NCBI GenBank assembly: GCA_028715115.1
Contig: JAQUSN010000002.1
Location: 68,944-132,943, forward strand
From: Patescibacteria group bacterium
Lineage (GTDB): Bacteria; Patescibacteriota; Patescibacteriia; UBA2591; UBA4787
Reading direction: 5' to 3'
DNA length: 64,000 nucleotides
How positions within the stretch are numbered: position 1 is the first letter of the stretch; every line of letters begins with the position of its first letter. Below the pieces are notes generated by a model. It had not been told where the DNA came from and did no database searches. It was given only the letters and a program-made list of their open reading frames with translations. A program made the position numbers and the translations under genes. Shown in pieces: positions 18,317-26,277 of the stretch.

Positions 18317-18610
18317 ATGAGCAATATAAACGTTGAACAATTGGAAAAATTATTAGCCGAGGGCAAGCAGGAAGAGGTAAAAAATTTATTACAAGATTAT
18401 TTATCCCAAGACTTATCCGAAGCAGACAAGGGCTCGACTTATTTAAACTTAGCTTCAATTTATATGCAAGTAGTGAATAAATTTAATAAGCGATACTTGG
18501 ATAGTTTAAATAACGCCATTGAGGCCATTAAAGATATTAATCGAGAAGGTCAGGTAATTGATGATAAGGCGGCACTATCGATAGCGCGAGCAAAAATTAA
18601 AGCATCTTAA
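18317..18610 (+). CDS. hypothetical small protein
   Basis: 97-aa ORF tightly following the upstream gene. Confidence 0.3.
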   Translation: MSNINVEQLEKLLAEGKQEEVKNLLQDYLSQDLSEADKGSTYLNLASIYMQVVNKFNKRYLDSLNNAIEAIKDINREGQVIDDKAALSIARAKIKAS

Positions 18611-18633
18611 AAATTAATTTATGATGATTTTTT

Positions 18634-18683
18634 CCGCCAAACCTGCCTATCGGCAGGCAGAGGCGGACCAGCCTATGGCTGGG
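18634..18683. repeat. GC-rich nested palindromes (CCGCC..CCTGCC TATC GGCAGG..GGCGG, then CCAGCC TAT GGCTGG); related to the palindrome at 60660..60679
   Basis: Read directly from the sequence. It is a GC-rich island in an AT-rich intergenic region. Confidence 0.5.
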
Positions 18684-18707
18684 ATTTATAAATTTTGATT
18701 TATTGTT

Positions 18708-19217
18708 ATGATGATTTTTGACTTAGTACTCCTTCTAATTTTATTTGGGTTTGTTTGGTTTGGATTTTGGCTGGGATTGATTCATGTTATCGGTGGGATT
18801 TTGGGCGTGATTATCGCTTCGTTTTTGTCGACCCGATGGTATGATTTTGTCGCTCATAAATTATTATTTTTATTTGGCAACAATTTAAATCTGTCGCGTA
18901 TTATTTGTTTTATAGTTTTATTTATTGTTATCTGGCGCTTAGTCAGTTTATTATTTAATTTTTTGAATCGCGTTTTCAACTGGTTAACTTTTATTCCATT
19001 TTTAAAAACTATCAATCGCTTAGCCGGGGCTATCTTTGGGCTGCTTGAAGGCGCGCTAATTTTAGGAATAATTTTATTTTTCTTGTCCAAATTTCCGATT
19101 TGGGGACTGTCAAACATGATCAGCTCTTCTACTACCGCCCAATTTTTAATGAAAATCGCTAAAATTCTGTGGCCCTTATTGCCTCTGGGCCTAAAAAAAC
19201 TCCAAGAAATAAAATAA
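18708..19217 (+). CDS. CvpA-like small membrane protein
   Basis: 169 aa with four hydrophobic helices, which fits CvpA/colicin-V-production family topology. Topology-based call only. Confidence 0.35.
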   Translation: MMIFDLVLLLILFGFVWFGFWLGLIHVIGGILGVIIASFLSTRWYDFVAHKLLFLFGNNLNLSRIICFIVLFIVIWRLVSLLFNFLNRVFNWLTFIPFLKTINRLAGAIFGLLEGALILGIILFFLSKFPIWGLSNMISSSTTAQFLMKIAKILWPLLPLGLKKLQEIK

Positions 19218-19236
19218 AAGGTGGTGGATAATTTTC

Positions 19237-19264
19237 TTGACGTAAGGTGGTTTTTCTATATAAT
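19237..19264 (+). promoter_or_regulatory. sigma70-like promoter upstream of greA (TTGACG-16-TATAAT)
   Basis: -35 at 19237..19242, -10 at 19259..19264. Confidence 0.45.
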
Positions 19265-19313
19265 TAATTAATCGGTGTAAGGCCGATTTTGTTGTTATTT
19301 TAGGACAAATTTT

Positions 19314-19766
19314 ATGACTCATATTACTAAAAAAGAGCTGGAAAAGCTAAAAAAAGAGCTAGAAACGCGAACAACTAAAACAAGGCAAGAAATTGCCGAA
19401 ATGATGCGTACAGCCAAAGACCAGGGAGATTTAAGCGAAAATGCCGAATATTTTGAGGCGCGCGAAAATCAATGGGAGAATGACAACAGGATCAATGAGT
19501 TACAACAGATAATTAGTGAGGCTGAAATCGTTGAAGAAAGGCGAGGCGGCGGTAAGATTGATGTTGGTAGTACGGTTAAATTAAAATCGGCTTCCGGGAT
19601 CGTTGTTTTTACTATTGTCAGCCCAGAGGGAGTTGATCTGGATAAAAAAATGATTTCCTTTCAATCTCCTTTGGGCCAGGCCTTAATGGGTAAAAAAACT
19701 AGTGACGAAATAGAAATTACTGCGCCAAAAGGTAAAATAAAATACAAAATCATAGAAGTAAAATAA
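19314..19766 (+). CDS. greA: transcription elongation factor GreA
   Basis: N-terminal coiled-coil with DLSENAEYFEARENQ. C-terminal FKBP-like domain. 150 aa. Confidence 0.9.
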   Translation: MTHITKKELEKLKKELETRTTKTRQEIAEMMRTAKDQGDLSENAEYFEARENQWENDNRINELQQIISEAEIVEERRGGGKIDVGSTVKLKSASGIVVFTIVSPEGVDLDKKMISFQSPLGQALMGKKTSDEIEITAPKGKIKYKIIEVK

Positions 19767-19785
19767 ATAAAGTAAAATATTATAA

Positions 19786-19810
19786 AAACGGGCTGCTCGG
19801 CCCGTTTTTT
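19786..19810 (+). terminator. Rho-independent terminator after greA
   Basis: AAAACGGGCTGCTCGGCCCG stem-loop followed by TTTTTT. Confidence 0.7.
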
Positions 19811-19847
19811 AATTGACAATAAGCCAAATTTTTATAAAATAAATTAC

Positions 19848-21056
19848 ATGAAAATATGTTTTATAACCTTTGGCTGTAAATTGAATCAATCGGAAAGTTT
19901 TTCTTGGCAAGATAAATTGTCCGGAAAAAAGATACAAGTTGTTACCGAACAACAAAATCCTGATTTAATAATTGTCAACGCTTGTTCGGTGACGCTTAAG
20001 GCAGAGCGAGAATTACGTCAAAAAGTAAATCAATTAAAAAGAAAATTTCCCCGGGCAGAATTGATATTAACTGGCTGTTTTTTGTTTCCTCCAAAAATTG
20101 TTAGAGTCTTATCCAGAGATAAAATGGCTAGTTTTATTGATAAACTAGCGAAACAATATTTAACTACTGGCGAAAAGTATAAAAGTTTATGCCGGACCAG
20201 AACTTTTATAAAAATTCAAGATGGGTGTAATAATTTTTGCGCTTATTGCATTGTGCCATATTTGCGCGGGCGTATTTATAGCCGCTCAATTTCGGAAATT
20301 ATCAATGAAATAAGAAAGCGGGAAACGCAAGGCTGCCAGGAAATAGTTTTAGTTGGTACAGATTTGCAAAAATTCAAGGATAGAAACAATAATTTAATTG
20401 ATTTATTAAATAAAATCTTGTCAGAAACAAAAATTAATCGTATTCGCATCTCTTCGCTTTGGCCAACGGCGATAAAACAACGATTAATAAATTTAATGAA
20501 AAATAATTCTAGAATTTGTCCGCACTTACATTTATCAATGCAGTCAGGCAGCAATGAGATATTAAAAGTTATGGGTCGGCCTTATCAGGCTAGTCAAATT
20601 CTAAATTTAATTAAACAAGCAAAGAAAATAAAAAATCTATCTTTAACGGCAGATTTAATAGTCGGATTCCCCGGAGAAACTAAAAAAGATTTTTTAAAAA
20701 CCGTTAATTTTGTTAAAAAGGCCGGATTATTGAAAGTTCATGTCTTCAAGTATTCGCCCCGACCGGGTACTAAGGCCGCTAAAATGACAAATCAAGTTTT
20801 AGATGCCATCAAAACAGCCAGAAGCCAAGAATTGAAAGAGGTAAGCGACTTAATTTCTAAAAAATTTAAGAATAAGTACATTAGCAAAGTGATGCGGGTT
20901 TTATTTGAAGCTAAAAGGGATGGTTATTGGAGTGGTTTTACTGATAATTATCTGCGCGTTTATGTGCCCAGCCGAGTTCAATTAACCAATCAGTTTGTGG
21001 AGGTAAAGTTAACGAGCTTATTTAAAGATGGCTATCGCGCCAAAGTCGTAAAATAA
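19848..21056 (+). CDS. radical SAM methylthiotransferase, MtaB/RimO-like (MiaB family)
   Basis: N-terminal MTTase domain with conserved Cys (FGCKLNQSE). Radical SAM CNNFCAYCIVPYLRG. C-terminal TRAM-like domain. 402 aa. Confidence 0.7.
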   Translation: MKICFITFGCKLNQSESFSWQDKLSGKKIQVVTEQQNPDLIIVNACSVTLKAERELRQKVNQLKRKFPRAELILTGCFLFPPKIVRVLSRDKMASFIDKLAKQYLTTGEKYKSLCRTRTFIKIQDGCNNFCAYCIVPYLRGRIYSRSISEIINEIRKRETQGCQEIVLVGTDLQKFKDRNNNLIDLLNKILSETKINRIRISSLWPTAIKQRLINLMKNNSRICPHLHLSMQSGSNEILKVMGRPYQASQILNLIKQAKKIKNLSLTADLIVGFPGETKKDFLKTVNFVKKAGLLKVHVFKYSPRPGTKAAKMTNQVLDAIKTARSQELKEVSDLISKKFKNKYISKVMRVLFEAKRDGYWSGFTDNYLRVYVPSRVQLTNQFVEVKLTSLFKDGYRAKVVK

Positions 21057-21119
21057 TCCCCAAAATGCTTGTATTTTTATTTATTTGCTTTATAATATAA
21101 GTGATATAAATCATTTTTT

Positions 21120-21455
21120 ATGTGTATTTTTTGCCAAATCATTAATAAAGAAATTCCAAAAGATTTTATTTTTGCCGACGATCAGTTGGTGGCATTTAAT
21201 GATTTGCATCCATCTGCTCCAATTCACATTCTAATTGTGTCAAAAAAACATATTGACAGTATTGCTACTTTAAAAGAAGAAGACATAAATCTTATTGGAA
21301 ATATGATTTGGCGAGCCAAAGTTTTGGCCGAAGAAAAGGGGATTGCTAAGAGCGGTTATAAATTAATTTTCAATTGCGGCGAAGACGGCGGACAAATCAT
21401 ACAGCATATTCATCTTCATTTGCTTGGCGGCGAGAAGGTTAAATGTATAGTTTAA
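21120..21455 (+). CDS. HIT-family (histidine triad) nucleotide hydrolase
   Basis: HIHLHLLGG histidine triad motif. 111 aa. Confidence 0.85.
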   Translation: MCIFCQIINKEIPKDFIFADDQLVAFNDLHPSAPIHILIVSKKHIDSIATLKEEDINLIGNMIWRAKVLAEEKGIAKSGYKLIFNCGEDGGQIIQHIHLHLLGGEKVKCIV

Positions 21456-21485
21456 TTTAACAATTAATTTTTTAATTTTAATCTT

Positions 21486-21728
21486 ATGTCTTTCAAAAGA
21501 ACAATAAAAGCAGGATTTTTTGGCGCTTTAGCTGGAATTATTGCCGGACTTTTCTTGGCGAAAAAATCAGGCAAAGAATTAAAAGAAGATCTTAAGGTAA
21601 AGGGAGAAGAATTAAAAAGCAAGGCCGGTGAAATTGCCGAGACCATGGAAACTAAGGCCAAAGAAACCATCGAAGAAGTTAAAAAAGATCTTAGTGATGA
21701 ATCGCGAGACGATCGATTACAAAAATAA
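21486..21728 (+). CDS. YtxH-like small membrane-anchored protein
   Basis: N-terminal TM GFFGALAGIIAGLFLA followed by a charged helical segment. Confidence 0.4.
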   Translation: MSFKRTIKAGFFGALAGIIAGLFLAKKSGKELKEDLKVKGEELKSKAGEIAETMETKAKETIEEVKKDLSDESRDDRLQK

Positions 21729-21761
21729 TTGGCAATTATTTTAATTGGTTAAATCATTTTT

Positions 21762-21968
21762 ATGCCAAAGTTTATAGTCAAAGTGGACGAGGGTAAGTGT
21801 ATTGGCTGTGGGAGTTGCGTAGCCGTTTGTCCGGATAATTTTGAATTGAAAGAAAACGGCCGTTCCCACGCGCTCCAAGAAGAAGTAGATGATCTAGGCT
21901 GCAATCAAATAGCGGCCGAAAGTTGTCCGGTTCAGGCAATCACGGTTGAACCATCAAGCGCCTCGTAA
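21762..21968 (+). CDS. 4Fe-4S ferredoxin
   Basis: CIGCGSCVAVCP and ESCPVQAI cluster-binding motifs. 68 aa. Confidence 0.8.
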   Translation: MPKFIVKVDEGKCIGCGSCVAVCPDNFELKENGRSHALQEEVDDLGCNQIAAESCPVQAITVEPSSAS

Positions 21969-22030
21969 AAAATTTTTAAATTAATGTTTATTTTTAGAAA
22001 TAGTAATTTTTCTTTGGCATTTTTTAAATT

Positions 22031-23890
22031 ATGCAAATTAATAATTCAAAGATAAAACAAGCTCTTTTGTCCGGGAATGAAGCGGTGGTAAGAGGCGCCT
22101 TAGAAGCTGGCGTTAATTTTGCGACCACTTATCCTGGTACGCCGGCCTCGGAAATTGGCGATATTTTCGCTAAAATATCAAAAGAATCGAACTTTTATTT
22201 TGAATATAGTACTAACGAAAAGATTGCCCTAGAAGCTGCCTCTGGTGCAGCTTTTTCTGGTTTAAAATCAATTGTTTCGATGAAGCATTATGGTCTTAAC
22301 GTCGCTCTTGATAGTTTACTGCCGCTCATTTATTTAGAGTGTCCATTAGTAGTTGTTATTTCTGACGATCCGGGTTCGTGGAGTTCAATTCAATCAGAAC
22401 AAGACAGCCGTTGGTTTTCACGATTAGGCCATTTACCAACTCTTGAACCGGCTGATAGTCAAGAAGCGCTGGACATGACCAAGTTTGCTTTTGAATTTAC
22501 TCAAAAATATAAAATACCAATTTTGATCAGGCTAACTACCAGAGTTTGTCATTCCCGAAGTTTGGTAAAATGCAATTCCATTTCCATAGAAAACAAAATC
22601 GGCAAATATATAAAAAAAGAATTTAGCGTAGGCACGGCAGTTACGCTCGAGCGGCATAAAAATTTATTTCTTAAAACCAGGAAGCTGCAAGATGATTTTA
22701 ATAAAAATAATCAGTTTAATTTTATTAAAAACGGCCATGATAGAAAATTAGGAATTGTTACTTCAGGGGTTTCTTATTGTTACGTTAGGGAAATTTTAGA
22801 AAATTTAAATTTGGACTTACCGATACTTAAAATCGGATTTAGTTATCCGATTTTTAAAAATAAATATAAAGAATTTTTTGGCCAAGTTAATGAAATTTTG
22901 ATAGTAGAAGAATTAAATCCGGTTTTAGAAAGAGAGGCGCGTCGTTTGCTGCAAGAATTTGGCTTAACTAAAAAAGTTTATGGCAAAGATTTATTGCCTG
23001 GCGTTGGCGAATTAAAACCAGAATATGTTTTACAAGCCATTTCTAATATTTTAAAGTTGCCATTGCCGCAAGATTTATTAAATCAACAAAAAGAATTTGC
23101 TGAATTATCTATTGCGCCGCGTCCGCCAATTCTTTGCGCCGGCTGTCCGCACCGTTCAACTTTTTGGATGATCAAAAAGGCTGTTGGCGATCAGGCTGTT
23201 TTTGGCGGCGATATCGGTTGTTATTTAATCGGCGCTTTGCCGCCATTTAAATTAGCCGATTATATTGTTTCTATGGGCGCGGGCATGGGCATTTCCCATG
23301 GTGTGGCCAAGGCTACTGGGCAAAAACCCGTTATTTTCATTGGTGATAGCACCTTTTTCCACGCCGGCATTCCGAGCCTGATTAATATGGTTTATAACCA
23401 GTCAGATGTTTTGGTGGTGATTTTAGACAACAGAATCACGGCCATGACTGGTCATCAGCCTAATCCGGGCGTCGGTTTAACTGGTCAAGGAGAATCGACT
23501 AAGGCATTAAAAATAGAAGAAATAGTTAAGGCTTGCGAAGTTGATAATTTAGAAATCATCAATACTTTTAATATTAAAGAGTCGCTGGAAAAAATAAAAA
23601 AAGCTTACGCGGCTAAAGGAGTCTCCGTGGTTATCGCCAAGGGTGAATGCCGATTATTAACGGTCAGAAGATTAACGCAAAAAAATATCAATGTTCCAAA
23701 ATTCGACATTACCGGAGATAGTGACTTTTCAGAATTTAATAATTTTAAATGTCCAGCCATTCGTCGGAATGAAGGTGGTAAATATTATATTGATCAAAAT
23801 ACTTGTTGGGGTTGTGCGGTTTGCGGACAAATTTATCCCGGTAAAATTCACCCCACCACCAAATCAAAAAACCTTAAGATTTATTTTTAG
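22031..23890 (+). CDS. iorA: indolepyruvate:ferredoxin oxidoreductase alpha subunit
   Basis: TPP-enzyme motifs (GDIGCY, GDSTFFHAG). C-terminal Cys-rich 4Fe-4S region (CPAI..CWGCAVCGQ). 619 aa. Followed by the beta subunit. Confidence 0.8.
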   Translation: MQINNSKIKQALLSGNEAVVRGALEAGVNFATTYPGTPASEIGDIFAKISKESNFYFEYSTNEKIALEAASGAAFSGLKSIVSMKHYGLNVALDSLLPLIYLECPLVVVISDDPGSWSSIQSEQDSRWFSRLGHLPTLEPADSQEALDMTKFAFEFTQKYKIPILIRLTTRVCHSRSLVKCNSISIENKIGKYIKKEFSVGTAVTLERHKNLFLKTRKLQDDFNKNNQFNFIKNGHDRKLGIVTSGVSYCYVREILENLNLDLPILKIGFSYPIFKNKYKEFFGQVNEILIVEELNPVLEREARRLLQEFGLTKKVYGKDLLPGVGELKPEYVLQAISNILKLPLPQDLLNQQKEFAELSIAPRPPILCAGCPHRSTFWMIKKAVGDQAVFGGDIGCYLIGALPPFKLADYIVSMGAGMGISHGVAKATGQKPVIFIGDSTFFHAGIPSLINMVYNQSDVLVVILDNRITAMTGHQPNPGVGLTGQGESTKALKIEEIVKACEVDNLEIINTFNIKESLEKIKKAYAAKGVSVVIAKGECRLLTVRRLTQKNINVPKFDITGDSDFSEFNNFKCPAIRRNEGGKYYIDQNTCWGCAVCGQIYPGKIHPTTKSKNLKIYF

Positions 23891-23968
23891 ATTATCTAAA
23901 ATATTTATCCAAACACAAAATATGAATTAGAATCATATTTGGTGAGGGGGCTAAACCCAATTTAAATA

Positions 23969-24565
23969 ATGGAAAATCTTAACGATAAGAAATTTTTTAA
24001 CGTCATTATCTCTGGCTATGGCGGGCAGGGTGTTTTGACATTGGCAGAGATTTTAGCCAATGCGGCTCAATTAGCCGATTATGACGTTAAGCAGGCTGAG
24101 CTACATGGTTTGGCTCAGCGCGGCGGATCACTGGAATGTCATTTGCGGTTCGGTAAAAAAATTATTTCACCGCTAATAAGACAGGCTGACGCAGATATTA
24201 TTATTGGTTTAGAATTATTAGAAACATTGCGTGCCTGTTATTATGCTAATAAAAATAAAACGATAATTTTAACTAATAATAAATATTTTAATCCCGATCC
24301 TTGCGCAAAAGACAACGGTGAGAGTGAAAAAATAAAAAAAGAAATAGAAAAATTTTCATGTGTGTTGCACTCAATTCCCGCCGATAAAATTTTAAAAGAA
24401 AATAATTTGAGTTTATCATTGATTAACACTTTTATGTTGGGCTTTTTAGTTAAGGAGAATGCCTTACCGATAAAAAAAGAATTGATTTGGCGAGCAATTA
24501 GCGAAAAGATAAAGCCGGAATTCTTGGATAAAAACGAAAAAGTATTTAATTTAGCTCAACAATAA
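23969..24565 (+). CDS. iorB: indolepyruvate oxidoreductase beta subunit
   Basis: IISGYGGQGVLT pyruvate-flavodoxin/ferredoxin oxidoreductase gamma-type domain. Confidence 0.7.
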   Translation: MENLNDKKFFNVIISGYGGQGVLTLAEILANAAQLADYDVKQAELHGLAQRGGSLECHLRFGKKIISPLIRQADADIIIGLELLETLRACYYANKNKTIILTNNKYFNPDPCAKDNGESEKIKKEIEKFSCVLHSIPADKILKENNLSLSLINTFMLGFLVKENALPIKKELIWRAISEKIKPEFLDKNEKVFNLAQQ

Positions 24566-24566
24566 C

Positions 24567-25442
24567 TTGATGTCATTATTATCGGATACAAAAAATTATT
24601 GTTCAGCCTATAGCTTAAAGCCGCGGCGGGAAAGAGGGCAGAATTTTTTAATAAACCCTTTGATTTATAGGCAAATTATTGAAGCGGCTGATATTCAAAG
24701 AGATGATACAGTTTTAGAGATTGGCCCAGGTTTGGGTTATTTGACGGAGCTATTAGCCGAACGGTCAGGAAGGGTGGTTGCCGTAGAAATTGATAAAAAT
24801 TTACTGACCATTTTAAGACAAAAATTTACTTACAGTAAAAACATAGAATTAGTCGGCGATGATGCGCTGAAAATTAATTTAGAAAAATTAAAATTAAAAA
24901 ATTATAAATTAGTTGCCAACTTACCGTATAATATTACCGGCGCAATCTTAAGAAAGTTTTTAGATAGCGACAGGAAACCAAAATCATTAATTCTGATGTT
25001 GCAGAAAGAAGTGGCGCAAAGAATTATCAGCTTACCGCCGAAAGAAAATTTATTATCGCTCATGGTGCAATTCTATGGACGGCCTAAAATAGTAAAAATA
25101 GTTTCAAAAAATAATTTTTGGCCCAAACCAAAAATTGACAGCGCTATTATTAAAATTACTACTACAAATCAAGAATCAAATACCCTGGTCCGTCCCGTTT
25201 GCTGGACGAACGGGTCTAGGACGAATAGACAAATTGACAAAAAGAAATTTTTTAGTTTATTACGAGCGGGATTTTGTTCGCCGAGAAAATATTTAATTAG
25301 TAATTTAATAAAACAAGAAATTTTTTCTCGCACCGACGGAGAAAGTGTCTGGCGAGAGTTAAAATTTAATCCCAAGGTTAGAGCTCAGGAATTATCTTTG
25401 GAACAATGGGAAAAATTATTTAAGCTCTCATTGCTTTTATGA
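24567..25442 (+). CDS. rsmA: 16S rRNA (adenine1518/1519-N6)-dimethyltransferase
   Basis: GQNFLINP, LEIGPGLGYLTELL, NLPYNIT motifs. Confidence 0.85.
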   Translation: MMSLLSDTKNYCSAYSLKPRRERGQNFLINPLIYRQIIEAADIQRDDTVLEIGPGLGYLTELLAERSGRVVAVEIDKNLLTILRQKFTYSKNIELVGDDALKINLEKLKLKNYKLVANLPYNITGAILRKFLDSDRKPKSLILMLQKEVAQRIISLPPKENLLSLMVQFYGRPKIVKIVSKNNFWPKPKIDSAIIKITTTNQESNTLVRPVCWTNGSRTNRQIDKKKFFSLLRAGFCSPRKYLISNLIKQEIFSRTDGESVWRELKFNPKVRAQELSLEQWEKLFKLSLLL

Positions 25443-26200
25443 ATAAAAAATCGGCTAAAACAAATTTTTTATTAATCGGTCTAATTGGTTTGACCCTAAT
25501 TTTTATTGTTGGCAGTTATTTTGAATTTAAAAGCTTAATCAGAGGACCATTTGAAAAAAACAAGACAAAACAAGCGAGCGTAGACGTTGAAAATTTATTG
25601 ATTCAAGCGCAAACTACCGACACGGATAGTGACGGTTTAACCGATTTTCAAGAACAATATGTTTATAAAACCTCGGCTTATTTAGCCGATTCTGATAGCG
25701 ACGGATATTTTGATGCTGATGAAATTTTGGCCACAAGTAATCCTTTAGATCCGCAATCAACACCTTTAAACAAACAAAGTTCGAAGACAAATCTAGAGCA
25801 AACGTTTCAAAATTTACAACAAAATCAAGAATTAAATCAGCCAGACATGTCACCACAAGAAATCCGAGATTTGCTAATAAATAAAGGGGGTTTAAGCCAA
25901 GACGTTGTGGATAAACTGGATGACAAAACGTTAATTCAGCTTTATAATGAGACTAAGGCGGAAACTGGTATAAATCCAAAATCCGCCGAGCAAAATCAAC
26001 AAGATCAATCCCAACAATCGACGACTTCATTGGCCGGCGCTAGTTTATCTGCTGACCAAATTACCGCTTTACAAGCTTTAACTCCCCAGGAGATTAGGCA
26101 ATTATTAATTTCCGGAGGCATGAACGCCGATGAATTAAATAAAATCGACGATCAAGCTCTTCAAATAATTTTTTTACAAACACTAAGCGAGCAGAAATAG
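25439..26200 (+). CDS. secreted or membrane-anchored protein with thrombospondin-type-3-like Ca-binding motifs and an internal duplication
   Basis: N-terminal TM. DTDSDGLTDFQE and DSDSDGYFDADE motifs. Duplicated segments PQEIRDLLINKGGLSQDVVDKLDDKTLIQLYN and PQEIRQLLISGGMNADELNKIDDQALQIIFL. Confidence 0.5.
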   Translation: MNKKSAKTNFLLIGLIGLTLIFIVGSYFEFKSLIRGPFEKNKTKQASVDVENLLIQAQTTDTDSDGLTDFQEQYVYKTSAYLADSDSDGYFDADEILATSNPLDPQSTPLNKQSSKTNLEQTFQNLQQNQELNQPDMSPQEIRDLLINKGGLSQDVVDKLDDKTLIQLYNETKAETGINPKSAEQNQQDQSQQSTTSLAGASLSADQITALQALTPQEIRQLLISGGMNADELNKIDDQALQIIFLQTLSEQK

Positions 26201-26277
26201 AAATATCATTAGAGGCTGGTAATTAGAAATTAATTGATTTGTATATTTGTCCTAGATTTGTAAATTCGTAGTAGATT

